A stretch of 64,000 nt of DNA, from the NCBI GenBank assembly GCA_951406725.2, contig OX597818.1, positions 39,618,001 to 39,682,000 of the forward strand, in the 5' to 3' direction. Numbering within the stretch: position 1 is the stretch's first letter; the number at the start of each line of letters is the position of its first letter. This DNA is from Octopus vulgaris (taxonomy: Eukaryota). Below the pieces are notes generated by a model. That model was not told where the DNA came from and did not search any database. It was given only the letters and a program-made list of their open reading frames with translations. This document shows, in pieces, positions 11,801-23,200 of this stretch. Position numbers and translations under genes: made by a program.

Positions 11801-14800
11801 ACGATGAGGATGATGATGACGACGACGATGATGATGAAATAGGTATATTTCAGCTATTCATTTCCTTTTGTTTGCATCTTAAGTTTTCTGTTTACACTTG
11901 ATACATTATTTAATAATACTTTTCTAAAACTAGATGAAAAGGATCTGGAAGCAATGCTTAAAGCAATCCGTGGCAAAGAGACTAAGAAGGCAGCTACCCC
12001 TGCCAAGACCCCTAAAGAGGAGAAAGCTAAGAAAACCGCGACAGCTACTCCTGCCAAGACACCTAAAGCTGGTAAGGGTAAAGATACAGCAGCAAAAACA
12101 CCCAAGAAAACAGAGGAGGTTACTCCAGCCAAAACACCAAAAGGTGGCAAAGCTAAAAAGACAGAGGCAGCTACCCCTGCCAAAACACCAAAGGCTAAGA
12201 AAACAGAGACAGCCACTCCTGCCAAACAAGCAGAAACTGGACAAAAGGATCTTACTGAAAACCTACAAGAAGCATATCAAGAACAGCTGAGTAAGTAGAA
12301 TTAATAAATATATTGTAGCTGTAGTTTAACTCTTTTGTTACTATATTTTACGAATGTGGCCGTTGCCAGCGCTGCCCCGACAGGCCTTCATGCCGGGGGC
12401 ACGTAAAAAGCACCATCCGATTGTGGCCATTGCCAGCCTCGTCTGGCTCCCATGCCGGTGGCACGTAAAAAGCACCATCCGATCGTGACCTTTTGCCAGC
12501 CTCGTCTGGCACCTGTGCAGGTAGGTGGCACATAAAAAGCACCCACTACACTCTCGGAGTGGTTGGCGTTAGGAAGGGTATCCAGCTGTAGAAACACTGC
12601 CAGATCAGACTGGGCCTGGCGCAGCCTTCTGGCTTTCCAGACCCCAGTTGAACCATCCAACCCATGCTAGCATGGAAAATGGACATTAAATGATGATGAT
12701 GATGATTTCTAACTAAAATACATCTTGTGTGACATTTTGTACGTTTTTTTGTAACAAAAAAAAGATTCTGGAAATGATCTACTGATGTAATTTACACACC
12801 CCTGAAAGTTTATTTTTGCGAAAAAAAATAAGTGCATGCATTACATGCGCTTATATGGTATATATCCTGCATGGTGGCTTGTTGCTGCAATTAGTGTTTG
12901 GAATAATCAAAGAGGGAGAGGACAGTTGAATATAACTCATTTGAAAGACTGTTCAGAAGAGAGATAACCCAGTTGGTCAGTCATAACTGCAGCGATCTGT
13001 TTCTTGTAGAAATTCTTTAGTTCCATTATTATCAGTGAACTGACAGATTTGCTAGTATGCTGCGCAAAATACTTGGTGGCGTTTTGTCTCTCTTTATGTC
13101 AAAAGTTCAAATTCCATTGAAGTCAACTTCCGCTTAAGCACCAGCTGAGTGCTGGGGTTGACATATTCCACTTATGTCCTCCCCCACAATTTATTACTGC
13201 CGGTAGCAGAAGTTCATTACTGTGTGATCATTGAGAAATTGTGACTAAGGTTTGGTGGAAGATTTTTATTCAGAACTTATGAGCCAGAGGCGGTTTCAGC
13301 CAGGTTGGTATTGAAATGGTTAAACTATAACTCGGGTACTGACTTTGTATTCCTGCATAGATGTTTTCCTTTTGGCTCCATTTCTGATATTGTATAATCT
13401 AGATTTGTTTGCATTTTTATCATTGTTTGGTCTTTCACAACAGTTAGCAAAAGCATGACGGTTTCTGTGTCTCAAGATCAAATTAAAAAATTTAGATTGT
13501 TTTTTGATTACTCTAAAGCTTAATGCTTGAATATAATCAGGAACATATTTTGAAGTTGGTTTCTGTGGTTTAACTCTTTTGTTATCAACTTGGCTACAGT
13601 CATCCAAAAATTTTTTTTAGCTCAACCAACCAACCTGGCCATGTGAATCCCCCCCCCAACTTTTAGAATTGGATAAGTTTTATTCTGTCAGGTAGTGATT
13701 CTGAGAAATCAAGCAATTGTAAGCTTGTTTGAAGTAATCACTACAGGAACAAACCATTGCACTGTACAGACACTGAGAAAGAAGTTAGCTTGTGGTTTAC
13801 ATGTATTTATCTGTGATTAGTGTGACTTTAAAACAAGTTATACAATAGAATTCGAAACCTTTTCTTCAATTGTATTCCAAAAATCACATTTGTCAATAAG
13901 TAAGATAGTTGCAGTTGTTTAATGAAACCAGTCTAAATTTGTGGCGACTTTAGAATTTAATTGAAACTCATAAGGGTATGGTTTTCCTTAGAAATATAGT
14001 AACGAAAAGGTTAATATTCTTTTCTACATAAAATTTTTAGTTCTGATTAGTTCCTTGAAATTTGGCAATAACTCAACTGCCTAATTTTGTTGGGTGTTCT
14101 TTATATATAGTTCTTTGTGAGTATGTTTCTAAAACTGAGAGTTTAATTTCATCTTCATCAAATTTATTGTAAATTTTTCTTTTCATTTCAGAGTCCTTTA
14201 ATGAAAGGAACAAACGAACACTTTTTGTAAAACAGCTTCCCGCAAAAATCACAGGAGATGAAATTTCTAAATTATCAAGTGATATATTAGTAGTCAGAAC
14301 GAGGAGATCCCGAGATTCATCAGTGTAAGTTTTGTGAAGATGCTTCTTATCAATAGTTTCCCTTTTTATGTTAATATAGTTGTTGATGTAAGGTTATATT
14401 TTCCTGGTAAAATCAACAAATGATCTCTTGTTTTCTAGATATGCTTTTGTAGAATTTAAAGATCAAGCAACTGCACAGAAAAACTTTAAGGTACTTTCAG
14501 AATGTAAATTTGATGGCAAACCAATATTTGTTGATTTTGCATCTACAAAAAGTACGTCTGAGGGTCCAAAAACTAAAATTGGTAAGTATTGCTGTAGAAA
14601 ACTTTTTTAATTTAAAAATTGTCAGTATATTTCTAATGCTTTTACGTTTTGTATAAAGTCTGGCTTATAAGGCATGTGTATTCTGTTACCATTTATAGCA
14701 CAATTCTACAGTCTGGTTAGCTAAATGTATCGAATAATCATTAGACACTTTCTTGCGTTCTCTTAGAAAAGGAGAATTTCTGAATCAAGCTGTGGTTCAT

Positions 14801-17800
14801 AGAGGTTTGTTTCAGACTTCTTCTTTGAAATAAATATGTTATTCTGTTTGTTCATTTACTGAATAAAGTGCTGATAAAATTTCAGCCTCCATTGGCATTT
14901 CTATTTTGTGTTGCCACTAGTAGTGTCTAAATTTACCGAATTAATTGCTAATTAGATACCAGCTTTTTCTATGTTTGTGACTTGGCATTAAAATGACTTG
15001 CTATTTACTATTATTTTTGAAGATGTTATATTTCTAAGAAGCTTGTGAATTTCAATTAAATCTGAAAGTAATCAAGTATTTGCTAAGGTTCAATGCAGTG
15101 TTCTTCAGATCTGAAAAAGTCTTACTTCGAATTATGGTTGAAGGGTCTAGGGGTGGACATTTTAAAGAGATAAGTTCATGCCACTAAAATTACTAAATTT
15201 CTATCTGTTAATATGGAATTGCATGTTCTTAATTCTAGGAAAGCTTGATCCCAAGAAATTGTACATAACTGGTTTCCCTCAAAAGACAACATTAGAAGAT
15301 TTGCAAAAGGTACTTCCAAATGCCCAAGTAACCTTACCAGTCAAGTTGGCATCAAATTTGCCTTTAGGGTAAGTGGTTTAACCTCACTAGACTTTTAACT
15401 GAAATCCAACTTTTATGTGTTTTTCAGTTTATTAAACTATGTTTTCTGAATATTATTCCCACTTAGTGTTTTATTGATGTAGCAAATCTAGACGAGATGA
15501 TCTGTTTATTTGCTCAAACCAGCTGTAGTTGGCTTCTCTACAAAATTGCTTAAAAAGAAGTAAGGTTTTGAATTTTGTAGCTTTTAGTGTATAATGATAT
15601 GGCATCAACAGATAGTTGTTTGGACTTCAAAGGTTTTACACTTGATAATATACAAAATTTAAAAGAAAACAATGTGTTTAGGTGAATCTGATATTCATGT
15701 TAATGAATTTTTGTCAGACAAGAGAGAAGACTTTGATGGTGAAAGTGCAGAAATTCAAAACATGACGCCATGGTTGAAAATTATATGAACCATAATTCCA
15801 GATTTCACAGAGAAGATTGGTGCATAACATAATTTAACCTCGTGTTGCTCAAGCCTTCAATTCTCTAATTTTACTGCAAAGTGTATTCAGAACTATTGCA
15901 GAGGAAATGATAATTTCTACTCATTGATCTGAGAAAACTGTAAATGAGACCATGATTGGGTATAAAGAGTAAGGTACATTGTTGGCAACACATGCCTGCT
16001 AACATCAAAATTAGTACAATGCCATATCTGATTCAGATTCCTCCCATACCATGATACCTCAGTAGGTTTAGCAAGCATGTGTTTCCAAAAATGTACCTGT
16101 CGTGGTTTCATTTACAGATTTTTTCCCAGGCACATCCATGTTACCTGCAAAAATACTTTGTCAAAATTTTTTTAATAAAATGTTAAAATGTTAGGGTGAT
16201 GTGTGAAATAGGAGCTGACAGCAATATTATTTTATTGAAGTTCGTTATGTAAACGTTTCAGTGAGCACAAAGAAATATCACCCGGAGAATAATATTGTGG
16301 TTTTGTTACTTGCTAGTTTGGGTTCCTATAGTTAAACAGAAAGACTCTGGTTACTGTCATGAAAACCAAGTGGATTATTCGGTTAGTATGGAAAACGAGT
16401 GGTTTGTAATTCTTAAAGTGACAAATTGCTTATTGGTGTTTTTTTTTTTTTTTTTTTTCTTCATTTAGATATGCATTTGCTAAGTTTGAAACACCTGAAT
16501 TGTGTTCTGAAGCATTGAAACAGATCCAGGGCAAAGTAGTTAATGACACTCCTTTGATAGCACTCTATGCAAAATTAGTACCAGTATCAAAAGAATTGAA
16601 GAGGAAAATCGAGAAACCTAAAGGTACAGTGTTTAATTCTGTTTAACCCTTTCATTACCTTATTTCTGACCAAAATACACACCCCTTATGTATTTCAATT
16701 AATTTCTAACGTTATCATGAATTAAGTCTGACTTCATTCAACATATTAATGTGATTTTTGGAAGAAAATTTAAGGAAAGGTTCTCAAATGACTAATCAAA
16801 CATCACTCTAGAAAATGGGTTATTAGCTAATATTCAATTGGGTATACAAAATGTTACTATGGAAGAGTTTTGCACATTACTGGATTCATTAGGTGAATTT
16901 AAACACACAGACAGGTGTACCATAAAGGTATAGGTAAAACGAAAGACTGGGATTTGTGAAGAAAGCTAGAAAACAAAAAATACTTACACACCATCAACTA
17001 GATTAAATAAGCTCTCCCACATGCATAGGTAAACAAATATACAATAATGATTTACAAAAGAAATTATTCAAAATTTGTCACCCACTTTATAGGTAAATTA
17101 CAATTACACGTAAAGAAAAATAAAAACGAAGTAAATTTGAATATATTTATATGATCAAATCGCACATACAACTCAAACAAATATTCCTATCATGAAAACT
17201 TGTAAAGCACCCTGCTCTACAGAATGCACAATGGAAAGTTGTTTCAACAGCCCTTCCACTAGGAGCTTAGCCTTTTTGAAGGCATTTGCGACCCTCGATT
17301 TTTGTTTTTTGTTATGGAGATCGGCTGAATTCAGAGGGCTTTGTTTTTTCTCCCTACACTTATGTTTTTTGAGGAATAGCCAGCTCTTAATTCTGTTGCT
17401 ACATCTGCATGGAACTGCAGATGGTTGCATTGCTTTCGAGCCAAGTATCGCCACCATTTATTTCCCAGTCTGCCAACTGGATAATAAGACATCATCTAAT
17501 TGAGCCAAGCTACACCACCCATTTACCTGTTATAATCAAGGTTCACAAATGGCGTGCCATTTTCATCTACATGTGGCAATGCACAGGTAGACAGAAAATT
17601 GATCTGCCTCTTTGTATGCGGTCGCTAACAAATTTCCTTCTGCTGTTGAATTATTTCACTTTTTTTTCTTAAATTTTGCTTTTTTTATATCCCACGGCAG
17701 TCCTTTTCTACTAGCGATCACTGTAGCACATATGTGCTGCCACAGTATCTAAATTCTCTGCAAGTTTGACTGGACTGAAAAATCAGTCAAAAAATCATAC

Positions 17801-19176
17801 ACTAGGCCATGCTGACTTTTGCCAATATAAAATTCAAATCCAGACCAATACCCAGCTTTTGATTCACAATCTTCCGAACTTTTATCCCCCATTTTGTGGG
17901 CTTTTCTGGCATATATTGTCGAAAATGCATTTGGCCTGTATAGCCCACCATACCCTCATCAATAGATAAATATCTCCCTGGTTTATAAACTATTTTATGT
18001 TTTGAACTCAGTTAATGAGGAGTCTTTATTTTAAATAAGAGATCAAAGCCTGGTTCTCCATGTACTGTTTGTGTGTCTCTTATATGTAAATATTTAGTCA
18101 ATTTTAAAAACCATGACCTCATCATTATACTTCATCGCTACTCCAGTAATTTGTTATTCTGGGTAGCTTTCTAATGCCCATAATATTTATGGCAAAATAT
18201 GCCTTAAATTCATTTAATCTTGTGAGAAACCACAAACTATCCTTTTTTTCGCTTTGTCTACTTATCAGCATAACGGTTAGTTTCCGCCATAACGATTTCA
18301 AATAAGCTCATAGGAGAAAATAGTCTTTTCAAAACAACAGAAACAAATTCAGGGGAAAAATTGCCCAAAATTCACTGAATTAAAATAACACGTTGAATCA
18401 CGTATTTTTGCAAATGTACTGAGATTTGCTACGATTATGATTACAAGTGGTTTTGGATGGCTTGGTCACATGAACCAAAATATTTTTCAGGTAGCTTTGG
18501 GCAGTTTGATAACAAAGGGGTTAAATTTATTTACATTCCAATGAAGGTTGTTACTTTTTTGTACTAAGTAAACCATGTGGTTTACTTACCGGCAGAGGCA
18601 ACATTGTTAGTTCTTTAGACAGTGTATGACAAGAATTGGCATTACATCTTTCCATCAGTCCTATTTTACTTGTTGAAGGCAGAGGGCATATTTTATAAAC
18701 TCTATAAGCTGTGAATAAAGTTTGTTTTGTTGCCATATGATCTTGAGCCACCTTCAGCAATTGCAGCCTATGCCTTTTGAGGAAGTTTGGTACATAGAAA
18801 CTGTATGGAAATATTTGCTGATGTCACTGTTAAAAAATCATCCTCTAGCTTTGCTTTCATAAACAGGTGGAATGGAGAATTTCTAACAGTAAGGGCATCT
18901 TCATAGCATTGTTTGATAGCCAGAATATGGGGGTGGGTGGGGATGGATGTTAAACAAATTGCCTCCCTCTTAATGGATGCATGATTTGTCTTTGATTTTT
19001 CAGGAGATCCTGCTGCCAAGAAAAAAAAACTGGATCAAGCGAAAGAGGAGGAGGAGGATGATGAGGAGGAAGACGAGGAGGATGATGATGATGAGGAAGA
19101 CGATGAGGATGATGATGAGGAAGACGATGATGACGAGGAGGATGATGATGATGAGGAAGAAGAGGAGGGAGAATAA
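2871..19176 (+). CDS. NCL: Nucleolin-like RNA-binding protein, 10 coding exons, 471 aa (2 RRMs, acidic tracts, TPAK repeats, no GAR domain)
   Basis: Exons 2871-2885, 7464-7514, 9657-9731, 11659-11842, 11934-12290, 14192-14324, 14439-14581, 15239-15368, 16469-16623, 19004-19176 join in phase (1416 nt, ATG to TAA) with GT-AG introns. RNP2/RNP1 motifs LFVKQL..YAFVEF and LYITGF..YAFAKF. The symbol reflects family resemblance; orthology is untested. Confidence 0.85.
3240..3552. repeat. Tandem duplication of a ~160-bp unit (2 copies)
   Basis: ccgttgcgaatgttgc..ttagcattaca occurs at ~3240 and ~3403, nearly identical. Confidence 0.9.
5190..5725. mobile_element. MITE/fold-back element with ~200-bp terminal inverted repeats
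   Basis: ggcgatcttacggttctagtaccg.. mirrored by ..cggtactagaaccgtaacatcgcc around a (TG)n core. Confidence 0.85.
6814..6926 (+). ncRNA. Candidate intronic H/ACA-like snoRNA, copy 1
   Basis: Two predicted hairpins, ends in ACAttt, duplicated in the next intron; H box imperfect. Confidence 0.3.
7464..7514 (+). CDS. nucleolin-like exon 2 (VANTPKRKTPNSAKKKG)
   Basis: tttcttttattag acceptor, GTAAGC donor, basic TPK-type peptide. Confidence 0.75.
7969..8090 (+). ncRNA. Candidate intronic H/ACA-like snoRNA, copy 2
   Basis: Last 60 nt identical to copy 1; 5' hairpin diverged but still pairable. Confidence 0.3.
9657..9731 (+). CDS. nucleolin-like exon 3 (PKSKNVTTKTPPKSNKKKPVAKKDE)
   Basis: ttttag acceptor, GTAAGG donor, phase 0/0. 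Confidence 0.8.
10170..11236 (+). mobile_element. Internally deleted piggyBac element
   Basis: TTAA on both sides, TIRs CCCTTTCGTTAC / GTAACGAAGGGG, ORF 10532-10942 matches the transposase N-terminus (ETNRYA..EIKAYFAINIIMGI). Confidence 0.9.
11284..11480. mobile_element. Small non-autonomous element with ~19-bp TIRs (partial relative at ~6930-7100)
   Basis: agagtggtcccggtgcgca ... tgcgcaccaggactactct. Confidence 0.65.
11659..11842 (+). CDS. nucleolin-like exon 4 (Asp/Glu tract)
   Basis: ttctacag acceptor, GTATAT donor, open D/E-rich frame. Confidence 0.85.
11934..12290 (+). CDS. nucleolin-like exon 5 (TPAKTPK repeats)
   Basis: ORF 11954-12298 frame, repeated T-P-x-K motifs, GTAAGT donor. 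Confidence 0.9.
   Translation: MKRIWKQCLKQSVAKRLRRQLPLPRPLKRRKLRKPRQLLLPRHLKLVRVKIQQQKHPRKQRRLLQPKHQKVAKLKRQRQLPLPKHQRLRKQRQPLLPNKQKLDKRILLKTYKKHIKNS
12350..12706 (+). mobile_element. SINE family B with (GAT)n tail and internal gccggtggcacgtaaaaagcacc sub-repeats
   Basis: Recurs at ~1010, 25516(-), 30327(-), 37625-38065, 41705, 62545 and 63580(-). Confidence 0.8.
14192..14324 (+). CDS. nucleolin-like exon 6 (RRM1 N-half, RTLFVKQLP)
   Basis: polypyrimidine tract plus CAG, RNP2 motif, GTAAGT donor. Confidence 0.9.
14439..14581 (+). CDS. nucleolin-like exon 7 (RRM1 C-half, YAFVEF)
   Basis: RNP1 motif, canonical splice sites, phase 2/1. Confidence 0.9.
15239..15368 (+). CDS. nucleolin-like exon 8 (RRM2 N-half, KLYITGFP)
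   Basis: RNP2 motif, canonical splice sites, phase 1/2. Confidence 0.9.
16469..16623 (+). CDS. nucleolin-like exon 9 (RRM2 C-half, YAFAKF..KRKIEKPK)
   Basis: long T tract plus TAG acceptor, RNP1 motif, GTACAG donor. Confidence 0.9.
16647..18520 (-). mobile_element. Decayed piggyBac transposon
   Basis: TTAA flanks and TIRs; minus strand at ~17880-17970 reads LSIDEGMVGYTGQMHFRQYMPEKPTKWGI (piggyBac catalytic region); frameshifted. Confidence 0.9.
19004..19176 (+). CDS. nucleolin-like exon 10 (DPAAKKKKL plus acidic tail, stop)
   Basis: tttttcag acceptor, phase 1, ends in TAA TAA. Confidence 0.85.
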
Positions 19177-19631
19177 TAATTGAGAACACACCATCTTTTG
19201 AAAGTCATTTCTATAACCTTCATTAACATTCTCTTTACTGCAACTAAGAGCAGAGCTGTATTTACAATCATATACTCATTACAGGATTAAAACATTTTAT
19301 ATGTATATATATTGCCACTCAGTTGTGATTTTTGTTTTGATTTGGTTTTATTTAATTCTCTTGTTGGCAAATATGGATGAAGAGTAATAATGTCACTAGT
19401 TGGCATCTGGTTTGAAAAAGCTGAATTCTTACTTTCAAATTTAACCTCTTCATGCATGGAATGTGTGAAACTTGTATACCTTGATGTATTTGTAATAATA
19501 TGTAAAAATGCCTTTTATTGTAACAACACAATTAAATGCACGTTAAAATTATGGAAGTAAGCACCTGCTAACCATTATTTTCTTCTTGACTACCCGAAAT
19601 ATGCAAACATACCTTTTATTGCAATCACAGA

Positions 19632-19637
19632 AATAAA
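19632..19637 (+). promoter_or_regulatory. Candidate polyadenylation signal of the nucleolin-like gene
   Basis: AATAAA about 450 nt after the stop; ATTAAA variants lie upstream. Confidence 0.35.
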
Positions 19638-20299
19638 CACCTGGAGAATAAGAGGGAAAAAAAGAAAATGATACTAATTATGGTTTCTCTCTGATTGTAC
19701 ACGACTCTTCACAAATACTGTTCATAGTGGCCCCTCCTTGATTTTTCTCAAAGTCAAGGTCACTATTTGCAAGTTCCATCAACAACATAGTAGACATTTG
19801 AACTCTTTTTGACTGATCGGACTTCATCCCACTTCATAAAAAGTAGTAGTTGCTGCTATCAAAAATTACCACTACTACTACAGCTACAATTAGAAACATA
19901 CAAGTTGACGGAGATATCGAGATGATTTTTTCCCCGTGTCTGAATTATACCAGTGGCACCAATGAAAAATCCCTATCTTTTTTTTTTTCTTTGTTGGGAG
20001 AAAGGAGGATTTACAGTAAGAACAAACCTTCAGCCCTCCCTCCAGCGTATAAATTACTTTATAAAGATATTTTAAAAGGGAAAAACATGAGATTAAATTA
20101 ACGAAAGACAAAAAACATGAGCCTTCTCGCACATAAACACATTTATTCAGACACGCAGACGCAAATATTGAAGTACTAAATGGCACAACAAATTATATTT
20201 AACCATGTGGAGCATTTTACATGCATATCAATATTCTAAAGTTGGACCTACTATTCCTTATAACTCAGATTTGTCCTAGAGCCCCTGGCAGATATAGAA

Positions 20300-23200
20300 G
20301 ATTGTTTTTGTCAACCATCTATCATGTCAGCTACCTACGATTCGAAACTGAGATCTGCGAAAGGGGCTCGCTCTGCTGATCCTATTTTGGAGAATTCTGT
20401 TGGTGAGGTGATCGGTAATATCAGGCTTTCACATGGGGCCCCTGAAATCAGGACTTTTTCATCAGGATGATGGTCTTGCTAACAGACGTCTCAACGAGCA
20501 GTTGCTGTTGCTCAAACAAGGGGTCGAGCACCTGAAGTCTGTTGTTGCTCATTTACTAAATAAACAGGCTGAATCCCATTCGAAGTCTTCTATTGACACA
20601 GAGCCACCCTTGATTCCTTCCCTAGAGACGTCCAAACTGAAGGGATCAAAATCGAAGCGGCCAAAGAAGGCGAAGGAAGTGGCGGTCGTTTCCACTCATG
20701 ATCGTATCTGCAGATTCTTCCCCATCTGCCATTTCGGTCCCGGAGGTTCCCCAACCTGAATTGAGGAGCGTAGACTCAAACCCACCTGAAGACCATTGAT
20801 CTCCCAAAAAGAAGAAATGTAGTCAAAACCCCAGTGGGGAAGATTTTAGCTGCAAAACCTGCTCAAGATATAATCTGTTTGGATTCTCCCTCATTTGTCC
20901 TTCCCATAAATGCCATAGCTCAACCAATTCTGAATGATCTTGATGTGAGTTCATCTGGGGAGTGGTGCTCCTCCAAAATGAAGAAGAGGCAGTGCAGTTC
21001 CAAACCAGGCAGGAAAGTTATGACCACTAAACCCATTCCTATCGACCCCAAAGGTCTACATAAGTTTGATGGCTATGAAGCCACCCTTTCTAAGTAATCC
21101 GATGAAGAATCGAATGCCGCAGTTCACAGTAGAGAACAGAAAGACCATTTTGCTCACTCAAGCAATCATTTATGGTAAAGCTGAATCCACCTATGATACA
21201 GGCATAAACTGCCTAAAAGATAACAAATTTTGTTTCCGTTTTAGTTGGAGAATTGTTCTCTGTCAACAAAAATGTCAGTATCCATAAGGTCGCTCGACTA
21301 GGAAGATTCTAAGTGAACTCAACCTCAGACACTAAACAAAGCCCAATAAGAGTAATCTTTTCTTCCGATCATGAGGCTTCAACCTTTCCGAACAGAACAC
21401 AGAAGCATGCCTGGGAGGACCCCAATATGGGTTTTCGCGAGGAATACTCACTGAGAGAGAATTCGCTGGAGAAACCTAATATCCGAACTGAAGATGAGAA
21501 AACAGATAGGAGAGAAGGGTTTATGCATCCAAGATGGACGAATAATCATGTCCTACCTCTGGTCGCATGCTGTAGTGCTGATGGGGAAAGTGGAGCGAGG
21601 GCGAATCGAAGTAAAGTAGATACCCCCGACAACGATGCTATCTCTGATACCCCTTATTCTGCTTGTTCCCTAATTCCCGCCCCTCAAACTTCACAGCTCG
21701 GCATCGTCTATACCAACTCGTGCTCCTTATTTCCAAAGTTCAGCGAATTTTGCCATGCGTGATTCCCCAGATGTGATAGCTATCACCGAGACTTGGCTGA
21801 TTCCAACAGTGAAGGACTCGGAAATCCACCTACAGGGCTACACATTCTCCAGATGTAACAGAAAAGAGGCGAGGTGGAGGTGTTGCTGTGTGTGTAAAAT
21901 CTGATCTCAAACCGTCCGGCGGTATTCTACCCACTAATGCTCAACCTACAACAAAATTCGATGCCGTCTGTTACGAGCTGAGCCTATCCGGCTTTTGCCT
22001 GCCCGTGTTAGATGTCTACAGGCTGCCTCTTGCCGACCCCTAGGATGACGCTCATTTACTCAAAGTGATAAGATTCGTTTCAGTTTCTCATGACTGTTTG
22101 ATATTAGGAGACTTCAACGTTCCCACGATCGACTGGCCCGCATCAATTTGTACATCATCTTCCTGGTTCGGCCAGGCCCGTCTTGACATGGCTGAAGATT
22201 GTTTTCTATCGCAACATGTTGAATATCCGACATGGCATCGGTCTGGGCAGCAGCCATCTATGCTGGATCTGGTATTCTCACGCTATCCAAGATCAGTGTC
22301 AGGCTTATCTGTGCACGCCCCTCTTGCCAAGAGTGATCATGCGGTCCTGAAGTTCGTCATGCACACAACTTTTTCTATGCCCACGACTACTTCGCTGCCA
22401 CGTAGTCTTCTCTGCAATCAGTCTTGAAATTCTAACCGAGGCTTCTGGACTGGCGATCCCTGATGACGATGTCCTCAGTTGACGAACTATGGTTGTCCCT
22501 CAAAGCATATGTAATCTGGTTGACTGACCAAGCAGTACCCGTTGAGCTTCCCAAGAAGAAGAAACACAAGCCCTGGGTGATGAAGAAGGTTAAACGAGAA
22601 CTTCAACTCAGAGATATTGCTTGGGCTGAATTCAAAAATCTAGATTCGACTGCAGCTTTTGAGGTGTACAAAACTCAACGAGACCGAGCCGTGAAAATTG
22701 AAAAGGAAGAACACTTCAGATATGAATACAGAATCGCGGCAAATGCCAGTCGCAGTCCAAAAACCTTTGCTCATGTCCAACGGAATTCCCAACGTTGGTT
22801 GACTCAACAGGTGTATTGATTGAGGACCCTTATCAACAGAGTCAGTTATTTGCCGAGGCTTTTTCAACTATTTTCAAACAAGATGATGGTTGTGAACCCC
22901 CTCCATTTGATAGATCGGTACCTCCAATGCTTAGATTGGTCATCATGCGGAACGAAGTCGGAACGCGTTATTCAAGGCCTCGATGTCAACAAGGATCACG
23001 GCCCTGACGGCACACACCCACAGGTTATCAAAGCGTTGGCTCCGGTCATCTGCGAGCCTTCAATACTTCTATTCAATATGTCATTGGCGACAGGTGTTAT
23101 ACCTGCGGACTGGAGAACAGCAATAATCTGCCCAATTTTCAAAAAAGGGAGCTGCGACACCCGCTTAACTACCAACCGGTTTCCTTTCAATAATCAGCAA

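Noticed and set aside
11854-12290. Antisense and alternate-frame ORFs over exon 5
   Set aside because: Shadows of the repetitive TPAK-coding exon.
13320-13607. hAT transposase dimerisation-domain fragment
   Set aside because: Only a vague CER..KSRL resemblance; no TIRs found.
18590-18655. H/ACA hairpin with apparent 28S complementarity in nucleolin intron 9
   Set aside because: The 11-bp stem is real, but guide spacing is wrong and no H or ACA box is suitably placed.
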